From positions 211,620 to 275,619 of the forward strand of contig BDGG01000004.1 in assembly GCA_001949185.1 (NCBI GenBank): a stretch of 64,000 bases of DNA, read 5' to 3'. The DNA is from Ramazzottius varieornatus (Eukaryota; Animalia; Tardigrada). How positions within the stretch are numbered: position 1 is the first letter of the stretch; every line of letters starts with the position of its first letter. The notes below the pieces were generated by a model. The model searched no databases and had not been told where the DNA came from. It saw nothing but the letters and a program-made list of their open reading frames with translations. The position numbers and the translations under genes are program-made. Shown here piece by piece: positions 46,687 through 59,200 of the stretch.

Positions 46687-47242
46687 TCATCTCAACCAGA
46701 CTGAAGCCGACAGAATTACAAAATAACAGGTAACCGTCGAAAAGTCAATTGATTCTCCGCGTATGGTGTTATTGCAGAGATCGGTGCCACATGTGCAGGT
46801 GGTCATCTTTTGGCCTTGAACCGTTCCGCTCTTGCATTCGCTTTTGCTCCCGCCCGGAACGAACTTGCCACACTCTCTTAAATCATACGTATCTTGACCA
46901 CCCCCTGAAAATACGTAGCGCGATTATGGCGCTCGAACACTACCACAGAACTGACCGAATATGCGTCGGAGGGCTTGAGATAATTTACTTGACACTCTGT
47001 ACACTAATCCGTCCCACACAGTGGGCGGGCAGTATTTTACCTGTGTAATGGACCTTCATACATCCATTTGCGCAAGTGGACTTCGTCCATGTGTCGTTTC
47101 CTCCACACTTCGTCTCAACTGTCAGGCCAAACGGAGCGGCGCAAACATAGCATTCAACCGCCGAACACCGGTCCATTTGAGACACCACGCCGATTATTAC
47201 CATCCACCCTACAGACCAGATGGGAAGGATAGGCTTCGTCAT
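46687..47242 (-). CDS. Ly6/uPAR three-finger (quiver/sleepless-like) protein, probably GPI-anchored. Exons 47242-47041, 46904-46687
   Basis: Signal peptide, then ECYVC...C...C...GCMK...RECG...C...CTCGTDLCN, then a hydrophobic C-terminal tail (TCYFVILSASVWLR*). The phase-1 intron splices in frame. Confidence 0.85.
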
Positions 47243-48499
47243 GACATGGCGTAAGGGAATGTCGCTGTACTGAATAACACAAACTTGTCTGAAGAAGAAT
47301 CTATAGCTAAATCAATGAGAGGGATGAGGGTTCTACGGTATGCATGTTTGTGTGAATGCACATGCCAAGACAGATTGATTGACTACCTTCGCAACCAAAT
47401 TGCGAAGGTCATTGTGTGTTAGGACTTTAATTTCTCCGTGTTAAATTCCGCGGCGTACAGCGACTCGCTGAAGATTAATGTAACGTCCCTCCGGGTTTTC
47501 CTCAAGCGAAGTGTCCTAAACCGAAGCCTCTTTTCAAGGTGTCCACGTACATACATTCTAGCTTGGTGTGGAACCGTGAACCAGTTTGAGCCTGGAACCA
47601 TGATGATAAATGTTTTGCACCATCACGAGAACACCGAGCAGCTGGTTAACAGATAACGGATTTGGCCCTGTCAGAAAGCAGTGTTGTCGGCATTTGTCAA
47701 TAAATTATGCATGCCGTTAGTTGTTTCAAGATCTGCACTGCTTGGATATGCGCTACTTGGATGAGCAGCACACCGCGTGATGCTCGAATGCATAACTTGG
47801 TTCCACGAGGAGACAACCAGTCAAAAGAACAGCAGTACTTTTCTTCCTTTTAGAGAATTATGGATCAACTTTAGACATTCATCAGTGGTGTGAAGTGTGA
47901 AGAAGGCTCACAATAGCGTCTAGGCGCCACTCGGCTGATTATTAAAGTGGAAAGAGGGCGTGATCTGATTACGAGGGCAGGATAAAGAACTGCTGGATGG
48001 AGAGCTAAGGCTGTACGGCGCTTGAGCCGCTTCTCTGCCGGATATCGCCGGCAGGGCTCTCCTACAAATTGACAGCTGCTTCAGTTTGGAGGCTGGGTCG
48101 CTGGAGAGCGACACAAGTGGTTTGGATCACATCAGTGTCGCTCAATACTGTGGCGTTTATCCGCACAGCTTTAAGTTTAGATTGCGCCGTTGATTCTTCT
48201 ACAGCAATATTTAGACAATATTGGCATTCCATACTTAATCTACGAGGATTGGCAGGCATCGCCGCGAGGTTCCTGCATGACAAGATGTCCACATAACGTT
48301 GATTCGTCTTGTTGTGACAGTCACTGCGTCACGGTCCCCACAGTTCCTTCATCCCTCCTCACTGCAGAGATTTTATATCCGGCTTTCATGTTTCCATTTC
48401 CTCTTTCGGCAATTACACTATCATTTCCCCCTCTTTCTTCCCTACTCATCCATTGTACAGTTGAACTTTTGGTGTATTGTTAAATTATCGTCTGTCAAA

Positions 48500-51400
48500 A
48501 TGAATGTCTCCATCCAAAACCAGTCATGTCCAGCTGCATTAGATCTGTCCAATGAGTCCTTCTGTTCGTTTTTTCCGGACGATTGTGGACCGAACAAGCC
48601 GATTATTAAAATAGAGACCGGTGAATTTATCGCCAAATTAGTTTTGTACCTGATAATTTTCATCTCGTCGTTTTTCGGGAATATTATGGTAATCCTGGTG
48701 GTGGTGCTTTACCGTTCGAAGATGCAAAGCAGCGCATACATTTATCTCTTGAATCTCAGCGTTGCCGGCTTAATTATCGCATTAGGTTGCATGTGGCCTA
48801 CTTTTATGGTCAACGTGGCCTACGAATATCCGCTCGGCGCAGCCATGTGCAAAATCCATCCATTCCTCCAGCGTATGTAGCAATTACAATTACTGCTCAA
48901 CTTGACAGTTTTATTGCACAACATGATCTTTTGTAACAGTCGTAAACGTTTGACATAAGCCAACCCAGCTCGTTCGGTGGGATCTCCTTCATCTGTCTGA
49001 TTGGATTTTTACAGAAATTTCTTCCCGAAGGATTTTTTAATCTGCGCATCTTAAAACCGTAGAACCGTCAACGATAAGCTCATATGTCGAAACAGCTTTC
49101 CCGATCTATCACTATGAATTATCCGAGGAAACTCTTTTGAATTCAGAAAGGACAGATTTCAAGCAAACATAAAATCTGAAATTTCGTTTGGTCTTTGTCT
49201 GAAACATGGGTATCTCCATATAACAATGCGTCCAAAGCATTTTCGCTTGCGAATGGCTTCTTATAACATCAAGTTCTTTGGAATATTGAACCGTACCATA
49301 GGTTCAATTGCCGCACTTTGCCGCGGTAATGAGATCAGAACGAACGGTTGAAAGATTCATGCTAGTGAAACCACACGGGTGTTAAGGGGCAATCTTGGCG
49401 TCGGCAACGCACTCTAGCCGGAGACGCGCATCAGCGACCACGTCTGTTGCATGTCGTCTGACTAAAGCTAGTGTTTGATTAACTGATCGAACACAGCTGC
49501 GCACATCGTATGATATTTGACCGTTGCGCGTGCCGGCTCATGCACCACACAGTCTTCACGTTCTTTTAGGTTGCCGCTTGTAACTTTCTAACCTGTGGTA
49601 GGAACTTGGCTCTGACTTTAGATTCGTGTTTCTTGGCATCTGTTTGATGTAGGCGTAAGTCTCGTCACGGTGAGACTTTAGGGTCCAGAAACTTCAAAAC
49701 GTTCTTCTGAGCAATTTGGTCAGACACTCGTTGGACGCAATGGAGATACCCATATTTTCCAACTATTGATCGATCTATCGGGTCGGTCGATATGACTGCG
49801 TTTTCTCGTGGCGCACGTTCGATAACCATTTTTCACCAGACAAATAAACTTTTTCAGTTTGTGTGATGTTCAAAAGTAACAACAAGCTTTCTATGATTTG
49901 TCACAGCAGCAACCGAAGCGATTCAATAAGAGAAGAAAATAGGGAAAATGATGGAAGCAGCAGCGCTCAGTTCGACTGGGGTGTGTTCGCATATTTTTGC
50001 GACAATACCCGTTACCACTTTCTCAAAACCGAGGCTGTGCCTCGTACATGTTCTATGTTACAAACGGGAACCCAGATCAAAATTCCGACCCATTTCAATG
50101 ATATGATTTTCGAAAGTTGCACTTACGGAAAGCGTAGTCATATGGAGCGACCTCCATACAAAGAACGATTTTCGAACTGAGTAGTCTTTTCCGGAGCGAC
50201 AGTATCGTGGGTTTCGAAGCTACCCATGAAACCAGGCCTGATACCGGGAAAACAGGGGGTGATCACCACTGACGTCTTCCGGATTCGCCATGCTGTGCTG
50301 TAAAGCGATACATTTCGTGTCAACAGAAGGCAGGTTGATACTGTATATACTTTTTCTGCGGCTCCTCGATAGCTACGGCGAACAATGTCAAGAAAAGCAG
50401 AAGCTGCTACTCTTTCCAAATGGTGATTAGCGTCATGATATTAGATTCAATTTGAACTGTCACACTGGAAGAAAAAGAAAACCAGGGAAAACAGCTCCGT
50501 TGAAAGATGCCACTGGAGAGAAAAAGGCATGAGCAGCCAGTGCACGACCCTGTCAAGTTTTTTCAACTGGAGTTTTCTATACAATATAAAGGATGATGGA
50601 GATAAATCGAGATATGTTTGTTCTCTTTGAAAAGCTTTGCGCAAATGAGGCGAGACGGTCTTGAACTGTAGAAGCGTTCTCCAGAGGTTGGTCGCATCGA
50701 CGCAGAGCGCTTCGTGACATGAGAGCTGGTCCCCGGTGATGGGCACTGGTCAATCAAACTCTGGCCAGAATCAGCTTTTCCTAACTTGGTACCTCGGACG
50801 GAAGTCCGAACATCATGAACTCTGTTCAATTCAGGCATGTGCTGTGGTATTTCAAAGTAGTTCGGATTAAGGATGCACTGATAATTTTTCGAAGCCGGTG
50901 ACTCTCCGTATCCCATCACTCTTCCCATCACACACGGTACTACGTGCAGCAGCGTAGACAAGACGGAGTGCGCAAAGTTCCTTCCCGCTTAGCTTCATTA
51001 CGAACTCGATCAATGTCGCAAAATTTAATGATCTTTTGATTGCTCTGTCAAAGGCCAGAAGTTCAGAAACATCTGCGATTTCGCTTCCTCTACGCTCGTT
51101 CCCCGCACCAGACCTAAAAGCGACACATACTTTTTTAATCTGTCGACAGAAAACCCCTCTACGGACGGCAGTCTGGACGTAATTTGATGAAATTATTCTG
51201 TAATACTTAACTATTTTAGATTGTTTGTTTTTGCAGTGACGTCGATGGTAAGCAGTGTCTTGACCTTGGCGACCATTGCGCTGGATCAATTTGTAGCCGT
51301 TGCCTTTCCCATCCATGCGCGCTTCACTCGTCGCTTATGGCCATCATGGGTCATTAGTGGAGTCTGGATCTTGGCAGCAGCGGCCTCCATACCATTCCTC

Positions 51401-54400
51401 ACACACAAGAAGCTCACTGAACTGCGCTTTTCCGACCACGTCAAGCTACATTGCTCAGAAGGTACGGTAGTGTACAATAGTCGAGGACTCATTGGCAATA
51501 CATCAGGCAAATGAGCCCTAATTTCAGATACCATCTGGCAACTTCCGGAAGGCGGTCAGAGTGTGTCTCTTCGCTTTGAAGCCATTGATTATTAGCCCAT
51601 CACAGCTCATTTCCTCATTGACTCAGTCTTTTCTTGATCAGTTCAAGGCAAAAAACATTACCCATTAATCAAATGCTGACAGATCCGTCACATTCCACTC
51701 CAAAGATGCTGAAATTAAACACCAGCTTCACCAACGAATTTTTTCCGATCCGTCTCGCCTTTGACTAACAGTTGACTCCGACAGAATTCACTGTAGCTTG
51801 GTTAAGCTAACTTAACTAACTTAACTTAGCTCAACATAACTTAACTTAAGCTAACTTAACAAGTCCCTTCGACGTTCGTCTACTAGCTGGATAAATATAA
51901 TATAAATAAATACAACACAACCCGAGGATAGGCTTAGTGCAGCAAGCGTAGTGAAGGCAGTTAACTTCGGGCAGTGGTGAATTCTGACCACAATTCACCG
52001 AGGTTTCACCAGTTCAACGTCTACGTAATTATCCGAAGTTTCACCACAGTTACGCGAACTTATCTGATGCCATCTCACGTTTTCTCCGCATACAGCTTTC
52101 CTAGTCCGTTGACCAAACACTTTTAAATACAGTACAGTTTCATGGTGATGCGCAAAGCGGATCACGGAATTCGCGAAGAGGAATAATTAAAAAAGAGCCC
52201 TTTACAACGAGCGGCCAGTGTAGTTGTTCCCTGCTGCCAGTCCCGGTGTTCCACCTCGTATAGCAAGTTGTCCGCTGCTGTCCGGACCGTGGTTTCCGTT
52301 CTTGGACAACGGAATAGGAAAGCTGTATGCGGAGAAACCGTGAGATTGCATCAGATAACTTCGGGTGATTATGGTGAACTGGTGGAGCTTCGGTGAATTA
52401 TGGTGAGAATTCACCATTGCCCGAAATTAACTGCATTCACTTCACTTGCCCGCACCAAGCCTACTCGAGGAATCCACTTTAAACAGCAACGAGCACAATC
52501 ATGTATCGCAGGATCGCTGAGAACCAGCGATGGAGCCTATGATTTACAGCATGTGACCTCACTTACTGTTCTTTTTCAACTTTAGTCAAGTTGAAAACCC
52601 GTTGAGTATTGTCAGAGTGATACACGTGCCGAAGCTGTTTGCCATGCCAGGCTTTATAGCATTGGATAGCATGGCACAATCACGCGGAGAGTTAGGTTTG
52701 GCAGGCTATGGGCTTCTTTTACCAGTGGAGAAAGCAGCAAGTTTGTCTGGCTAGTGTTCAGCATTGCTCTCAGTGAACTGACGCAGCTTTGACTTTTCTT
52801 CCCACTCTGTCAAGCAACTTTCTGCCGGATCCGTTGTTCCGTTTAAATGTTAGATTTTGAGGGCTATCTTTTTGCTCAAAGCAAAAAACATGTGCGGCCA
52901 CTGCAAGCCGGTAGAATAATTAATACAGTAGTAAAGTTAATTGCGTGTTACAAACTGTACTCGAATAACACTTAAGACCACGATCCTGCACACACTGTCT
53001 GATATGGCATACTTCCACCAAACCAATCAGACATCTATTCGGACAGGTTTCCTTTTCAATCTTGTCATTTTCACACATGCAAGTGCTGTTACCCACCGAT
53101 GCTGTGTAGGACGTCACAAGTCACGTGTCCAACATACGCGACTACAGCACGTGACCTAGACGTCACCTTTACCTATATTTGGGCGGAGTTACATTATCCA
53201 ATCCCAGTGGAGAAATCCTACGTCATCCAACTCTCCTCGTGATTTTCCATCAGAATTTTAGTACATTCTGCACGTGTATCACTCTGGTATTGTCGAATTA
53301 ATTTCGGCCTGCACAGCATGTCTGCTTCCGACTGTCGAGCAGAGTAGTGCGCGAGTGGACTGAGTTTCGGCCTATATCTGATCTTTGAGAAGGTTTGAGT
53401 TCTGCACAAAACTGGTATGGTAGCGCTAGAGTACACTGACGTAACTGGTCTTCTGTTCAACGGCTCAGCAGAGTTAACAATACACGATAACCACGATTAG
53501 TTCTTCGCTTTTCAGGACCGGATTAGGTGTAGAGTAGAGTGGGTCACCCGCTTACCAAAGCTTGTTCCGAATTAGCGGTATTCGTTTCCAAATTTTTAAA
53601 CTCATATATTGATCATAATTTCGTGATTATTTTGTTAATAAAATTGTTTCTCCGACTTGGCAAAAAGGACCCGAACGGTTATGGGACACAAAAATAATTT
53701 GTTTCATTTGCCAATCGTGATAAGCATTTCAGCGTCCATTTCCGCTGTCAACAAAAAAAGAGCCACATCAAAGTTCAATGAGTCTGTTCGCTAGAAATAT
53801 TTCAATTTTGCAGTGTGGGATTCTTATATGATCTTCGATCCATCTCAGGATGACTGTATCCGTCTGGAACCCGGCAAGACCGTTTACTATTCCTTCATCA
53901 CCACAGCCTTGTTTTTCTTCCCGGTGGGAGTCATGATGGTAGCCTATGCTGTTATAATGCGGAAAGTGTGGTTCATGCAGATCCCTGGCGATTACCCGGC
54001 CTACAACGCCGTCCACGCCAAATCAAAAGCTAAGGTACAAAATAGTACTGTTTTGGCCAGCAATAACCCCAAGCTTTCTTGCAAGGAGTGTTGATTCATG
54101 TCTTGCGCCTGATTTTCTGCGAAGGGCTTGAAGACGGTGTGATTATTGCTACGTTGTGTCTTTCCTATTGTTGCAGATCATCAAGCTGGTTGCCGCTGTT
54201 CTGGTGGCCTTTCTCATCTGTTGGATGCCATTACAAGTGCTTATCTTATTCGAACGATATCGACCAACAACGAGAGAGGTAAACGGAAAAAATGAGCATT
54301 CCAGCCGCTTTTTTCGTAAGGACAAACGCAGATCCTCCAGATGAAAGGTTGCAGCACAGTGTGAATTCCGCCGTGAAAGAATTTATCCGGGTGTCATGTT

Positions 54401-54845
54401 ATGAATATATTGGCGGTATCGTTCGAGTTTTACTATTGAACAATTGTCTGGGTTTCATCGTAGTTGCCGAAATGGTTCGACCAGTTTAAGTACTTCGCCC
54501 ATTTCATCGCTTACGCCAACAGCGCGATCAATCCATTGGTTTACTGTTCCCTCAACGGGAAATTCCGACAAGGTTTCATGGCAATTCTGACTTGCCACAA
54601 AAGTCGAATGAGAAGGAACAGTCTGGACGACTCGACACTAGGTAAGATGTCACTTTCAGTGATGTCTCGGCATGGTAACCCACCGCCTATACTGTTTTCG
54701 GTTTACAGTGACTCTACACACGGACGCAGCATCCCGGCGAGGTTCCCGCGCCGTTAGTTTCCACGTTTCCACCCATTCCATCCATACGAACGCCAACGAC
54801 GAGCCTCACTATGCGCTTCGAGGATTTCTTAGTGATCCTCACTGA
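48500..54845 (+). CDS. Neuropeptide-type class A GPCR (RFamide/orexin/tachykinin-related group). Exons 48500-48872, 51237-51461, 53814-54034, 54177-54278, 54464-54641, 54709-54845
   Basis: Motifs: FFGNIMVI, YLLNLSVA, MCKIHPFLQ, LTLATIALDQF, WILA, FFFP, FLICWMPLQ, YANSAINPLVY, KFRQGF. Splice phases are consistent. Confidence 0.9.
51801..51860. repeat. Degenerate (TTAAC)n microsatellite
   Basis: About 12 imperfect TTAAC/CTAAC units. Confidence 0.7.
51922..52470. mobile_element. Inverted-repeat MITE in a GPCR intron
   Basis: GCAGTTAACTTCGGGCAGTGGTGAATTCTGACCACAATTCACCGA / TCGGTGAATTATGGTGAGAATTCACCATTGCCCGAAATTAACTGC. The arms extend outward to TAGGCTT/AAGCCTA. Confidence 0.8.
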
Positions 54846-55422
54846 CCCAAGCTTTATTACTGCCATCCAACACGCTTAGTTGTTTTCTACCTTCCCTGCC
54901 GATCTGACACCATGAACGCTACAATAGTCCTCACGACGAGCTGTTTATGTCGCAAACGGTCGATTTAAAATTTGAGTTTGCTTGATCAACGGAAATTAGT
55001 CGTGAGTGAGACAAAATTGGATTTTTCGAAAGTCTCGGAAACGGGACCGGAAATGCGCTAGTTTTACGGGGTAGGTTTGTAGGCAAACTTTGCCTCCTGA
55101 CTAAGTTGAAATGCATGGTTTTCTCTCTGGCTCGTCTCTGTCTTCCGATATCCTCGACACTAATATCAAGAAGCCCATACGCGAAACGGTATCTCGCAAG
55201 GTGAAGCACTGTGCAGATAGAGATCAGCTGTGAAGTGAAAATTTGAAATTTTGAGTCAACTGTGCAGAGAATAATCCGTCTTCGCTTTCAAGATAAGCTA
55301 CTCGAGGGCTGCTTACATTGAAAGCGACACTTCGTAATCCACTTTCCAGATCAACACAATCAACGGAGTTTTACGGCCTGTCGTGAGGAGGACTAATATA
55401 GCTCGTTGTAGAGCACGGTTAC

Positions 55423-56090
55423 TAGTGATGTTCTTATATAGTAATATTTTATTAAATTAGATGATAGTAGATGGTTTTAGCATCTACTATGTTTAGTGAT
55501 ATTTAGTAAACGGATTTGGGCACCGGAAGCCAATATTAATATTTTAGTAGTTTGAAACTGAGGTCTGATGTTTTATTATTATTAAGATGTACATCATCCG
55601 TATATATTTTAGTGAAAGTAACGCTGCCGCTGCTTCGAAAAGCCGGTTGATTTGCTGAATTTGGCGCGTGTGCGTTAGTTATGTGGGTCGCGACCTGCCA
55701 TGTCACAGATTGCAGGTTCAGGATGCAAGGTCTAGTACGGGCACTGGTAGTGCAGACGCCAATTTCTCGTCTGTCCTTTTCCGTTATTTGAAAAGTACTG
55801 TCAGCCTGTCAGCGTCAGGTCAAACATCATACTCTCTTCGGGCGAATATCTAGCAGAGTGTTGCTGATGAGGATGGTTATGAGACTGGGTGCCACGACCT
55901 GCCGTTGAGTTCTCCAATACCAAAATATATAATACCAAACTCACGGGAGTGCTATCAATACTATTGTAATATTTCATTAGGTCAGGCGGAGGTTTTACTA
56001 TAGTAATTCCAAATTAGTTAGACTTCGGTGGACGGCTGATATTTACTTCTATTATATTGGATGTCATTATCCCATATTAGAACATCACTA
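55423..56090. mobile_element. hAT-like MITE relic
   Basis: Ends TAGTGATGTTCT / AGAACATCACTA with AT-rich subterminal repeats. The TSD is not preserved. Confidence 0.6.
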
Positions 56091-56418
56091 ACTTACCTAT
56101 TCATGTGTTCTGACTGGTAGAATTCACCTTGCTCCAGTGCACAGTGGTGCGTACTGCTCAGAACCGTGCCTGCACCAGAAAGCCAGTTAGCCCACAATCA
56201 TCTGCTTCGCTTGATTGAGTACAAAGCAGTAGACACTAGCCATCGTGACGTTAGCTCGATGATACGCTGTTCCAGTTGGACCAGTACACGCTGGTTCCAG
56301 TCGGCTGGCAATACTCGTTAAATCAACCAAGCTGCAGAATAGAAAAATGCTGATCAATTAATCAGTCAATCAATCAACTCAATAAAAGTACAGTAAAATA
56401 TTGTGCTGAGTCCGCAAG

Positions 56419-56560
56419 TTGTAATCAGTCCCGAAATCCGAAGCACGCGAACGCTTTCTTTTTTGCCAGCGATCGTTCCTGCATATTCTATTGTAATCAG
56501 TCCCGAAATCCGAAGCACGCGAACGCTTTCTTTCATGCCAGCGATCGTTCCTGCATATTC
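56419..56560. repeat. Tandem duplication of a 72-bp unit
   Basis: TTGTAATCAGTCCCGAAATCCGAAGCACGCGAACGC...CCTGCATATTC occurs twice head-to-tail. Confidence 0.9.
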
Positions 56561-57566
56561 CACCAGAATAAGGCACTTAGGACCTTACTTCGACAGTGTC
56601 CAGCAGAAGAGCAGCAAACTGGATGATCTGGGAGTTCCACTTGTGGTCCTAATAATACAGTAGATTGTCGCCTCCAAGTCGATCACCACGACGTACCGCA
56701 TCTTGCTGACAAGTGAGTCTCTTCCGAGCCTTCCGATACGCTTATCCTCCAACGAACAGAAGATTCCTGGAACGAAAAGAGGGGGAAGACTTCCGTAGCG
56801 CTTGTAAGAGGGCGAGAGGGTTTCCCGTAAAAATTCCGTAAGAAAAAGTCAGGAAAAGGAAAGCCGGTTTTGAACTGAACTTGAAGAAGACTGCAAAGTC
56901 GCAACCAGGCATCATTCTACCCAACAGCGTGCTACTGGGCCTGTTCGTGATCGCTCGTGGCGAGCCGTCCTGTCTAGAATCCAGTACACGCTGGTTTCCA
57001 GTCAATTTGCGCGAGTGCAGCAGTCCTATCACGCACCTACATACGCGTTCAAAAAATCAAGCGTACTGCTAAGCCGAAAGAGATGGACGAGCATTCCCGA
57101 AGTAGACAGCGCGCTCAACACGTTCGTGGGTCACTTGATCGGGCGAACTCTTTCATCCATTCAACGACCGGCATTTCAAAGGTGATCGCTCGTCGGAAGA
57201 TGCTGCCCAATGGCTTGGCCTGCCTCGGAAATACTCAAACATGGTAGGATGTCAACAGCCGTCCCTGTTCATTCTTCTCTGCTCAGCCAGCCAAGCATAG
57301 GAAGCATAGGAGCCTGAAGCATAGGAACACCCGGAAAACAGTCGACCCTTGATGCAAAAAGTGCGTGCATTCCTTGTGCCTCTCAAGCAGATAAAACTTG
57401 CAGCTGCTTGTTCTCCATCGCGACAACCTGTGAGGCTGTACAAGGCTCAGACGGTTTTTGATGTTCGCAGAAAGACTCTTTTTCTAACCTATTCAAAGTC
57501 GAACAACCATCCTTCAGCTCTTCGATAGTTCTTTGTTTAGCGCAAGTCCAACCTCATCGATTCGGG

Positions 57567-58617
57567 ATGGAATACATCGTGGTCATCGACTTTGAAGCTA
57601 CGTGCGACTGGAACCAGAAGATCGGCCAGCATGTCAACCAGATCATCGAGTTCGGAGCGGTGCTGGTCAGCACTCGCAATCAGCAAGTCGTAAGTTTGCT
57701 TTCCCTGCTCGGTGTTTCATGGAGAAGTTTCTATTCCTGTTTTCTCCCTGAACTCGAACGCGAAAATGGACGACGATTTGTCGATAAGTATGTTCTAGCC
57801 TCTAACTTGTTCGCTTGCAGGACAGCACCTTCCACTCTTACTGTCAGCCCAGCGGTGCCTTGCGAACCCTTAGCCGCTACTGTCTGGACCTGACCAAAGT
57901 TATTCAAGCCCAGGTCGACGCAGCTGCCCTGTTCCCGGAGGTCTTCCGTCGCTTCGAAGCTTGGCTGGTGCAAAATGGCCTGTCGGTCATCAGTGCTTCA
58001 AACTGGATCATGGCGTCCGACTCGTAAGTTTTCCCCACTTTTATTCTTAAAAATCTTGAGAGGGCGGCAAGCAATTGCGGGATGGCGCAGGTTTGCTTGT
58101 TATTTGCCGTAAACGTGCGCCACTTACACTACGACCATCCCGTATGCCATAACCGTTCTGATCTGGTTTGCCGACATGCTATTCGATGTGCTGAGAAGCT
58201 GACCGGTTCTTTGGTGCCGGCCTTTTTCTGTTTGATTGGTAGTGCCCTCTTGCTGGTTACAGGCGATTCGACTTCAATATCTATCTCTACAATCAATGCA
58301 AGCTGAACTATATCGTCTATCCGCACTACGCTCGACAGGTTCTGATGGTAGCCTCGTTTTACAAGCGATACTACTTGATGGTTGCCATCACCACCCGGAT
58401 GAGCAACGGCACCGCCACCATGCTGCAACGCTTCGGTATGACGCTCGAAGGCAAGCGTCATTCAGCTGTCGACGATGTTCGTAACTTGGCACGTGTCGTC
58501 ATCCGTATGATGCAGGATGGACATCTTCCCAAGATGCGAGCCAACATTGCCATCTATCCGGAACGTCAGTCGGCTGATCACAAGATACCGAAGTCCTGCT
58601 TCTTCGTTGACTTGTAA
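57567..58617 (+). CDS. ERI1/Snipper-family DEDDh 3'-5' exonuclease, 226 aa. Exons 57567-57689, 57821-58023, 58263-58617
   Basis: Motifs: VIDFEATC, IIEFGAV, FHSYCQP, LSRYCLDLT, FDF, LEGKRHSAVDDVRNLA. The spliced CDS is 681 nt and in frame. Confidence 0.9.
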
Positions 58618-59200
58618 TCCACCGAGGAAACTCCATTAAATTCATAATAGCTGCTGATCTTTTTAGTTGTAAAATTATAGGGCATTATAACTCGATTATT
58701 TCAAAAAGGAGTGTTAATTATGAGCTTTTGTCGATCGGACGAAACAATTGTTGAAAAGAATCCTTCGGGATTGGGGATTTGAACCGGTATTGCTGTGTTC
58801 TGGGAATCGGTTTTTGCGTTTCAGCATTTCGTACTTTATCGATGCCTACGAAATTCTTTATTTGATGTGTTTGCTAGTCTTCATATAGTTTACCATGATC
58901 TAGCATTTTGATTTTTGTGATTTTGATAGTTCTGCTGGCGTAATTAAACTTGAACCTGATGGACGATAAGGCTTTATTTGAACGGCTCGGAATCTTGAGC
59001 TAGAATCGCAAAACATGGGGAACATTGTTCTCTGAAGTCCGCATGCTTGCGAGCGACCGATCGCAACACAATGGTTTGTCCCAGTTTTCTTTAAATCAGA
59101 TGCGTGCGGGAAGACAGCACTGCCAGATCTTTTCTTAAATTTCGGAATTTTTTATATTCCGCGTTTCGGAAAGTTACTAATACTCCTCGCCTGGGTGAAC

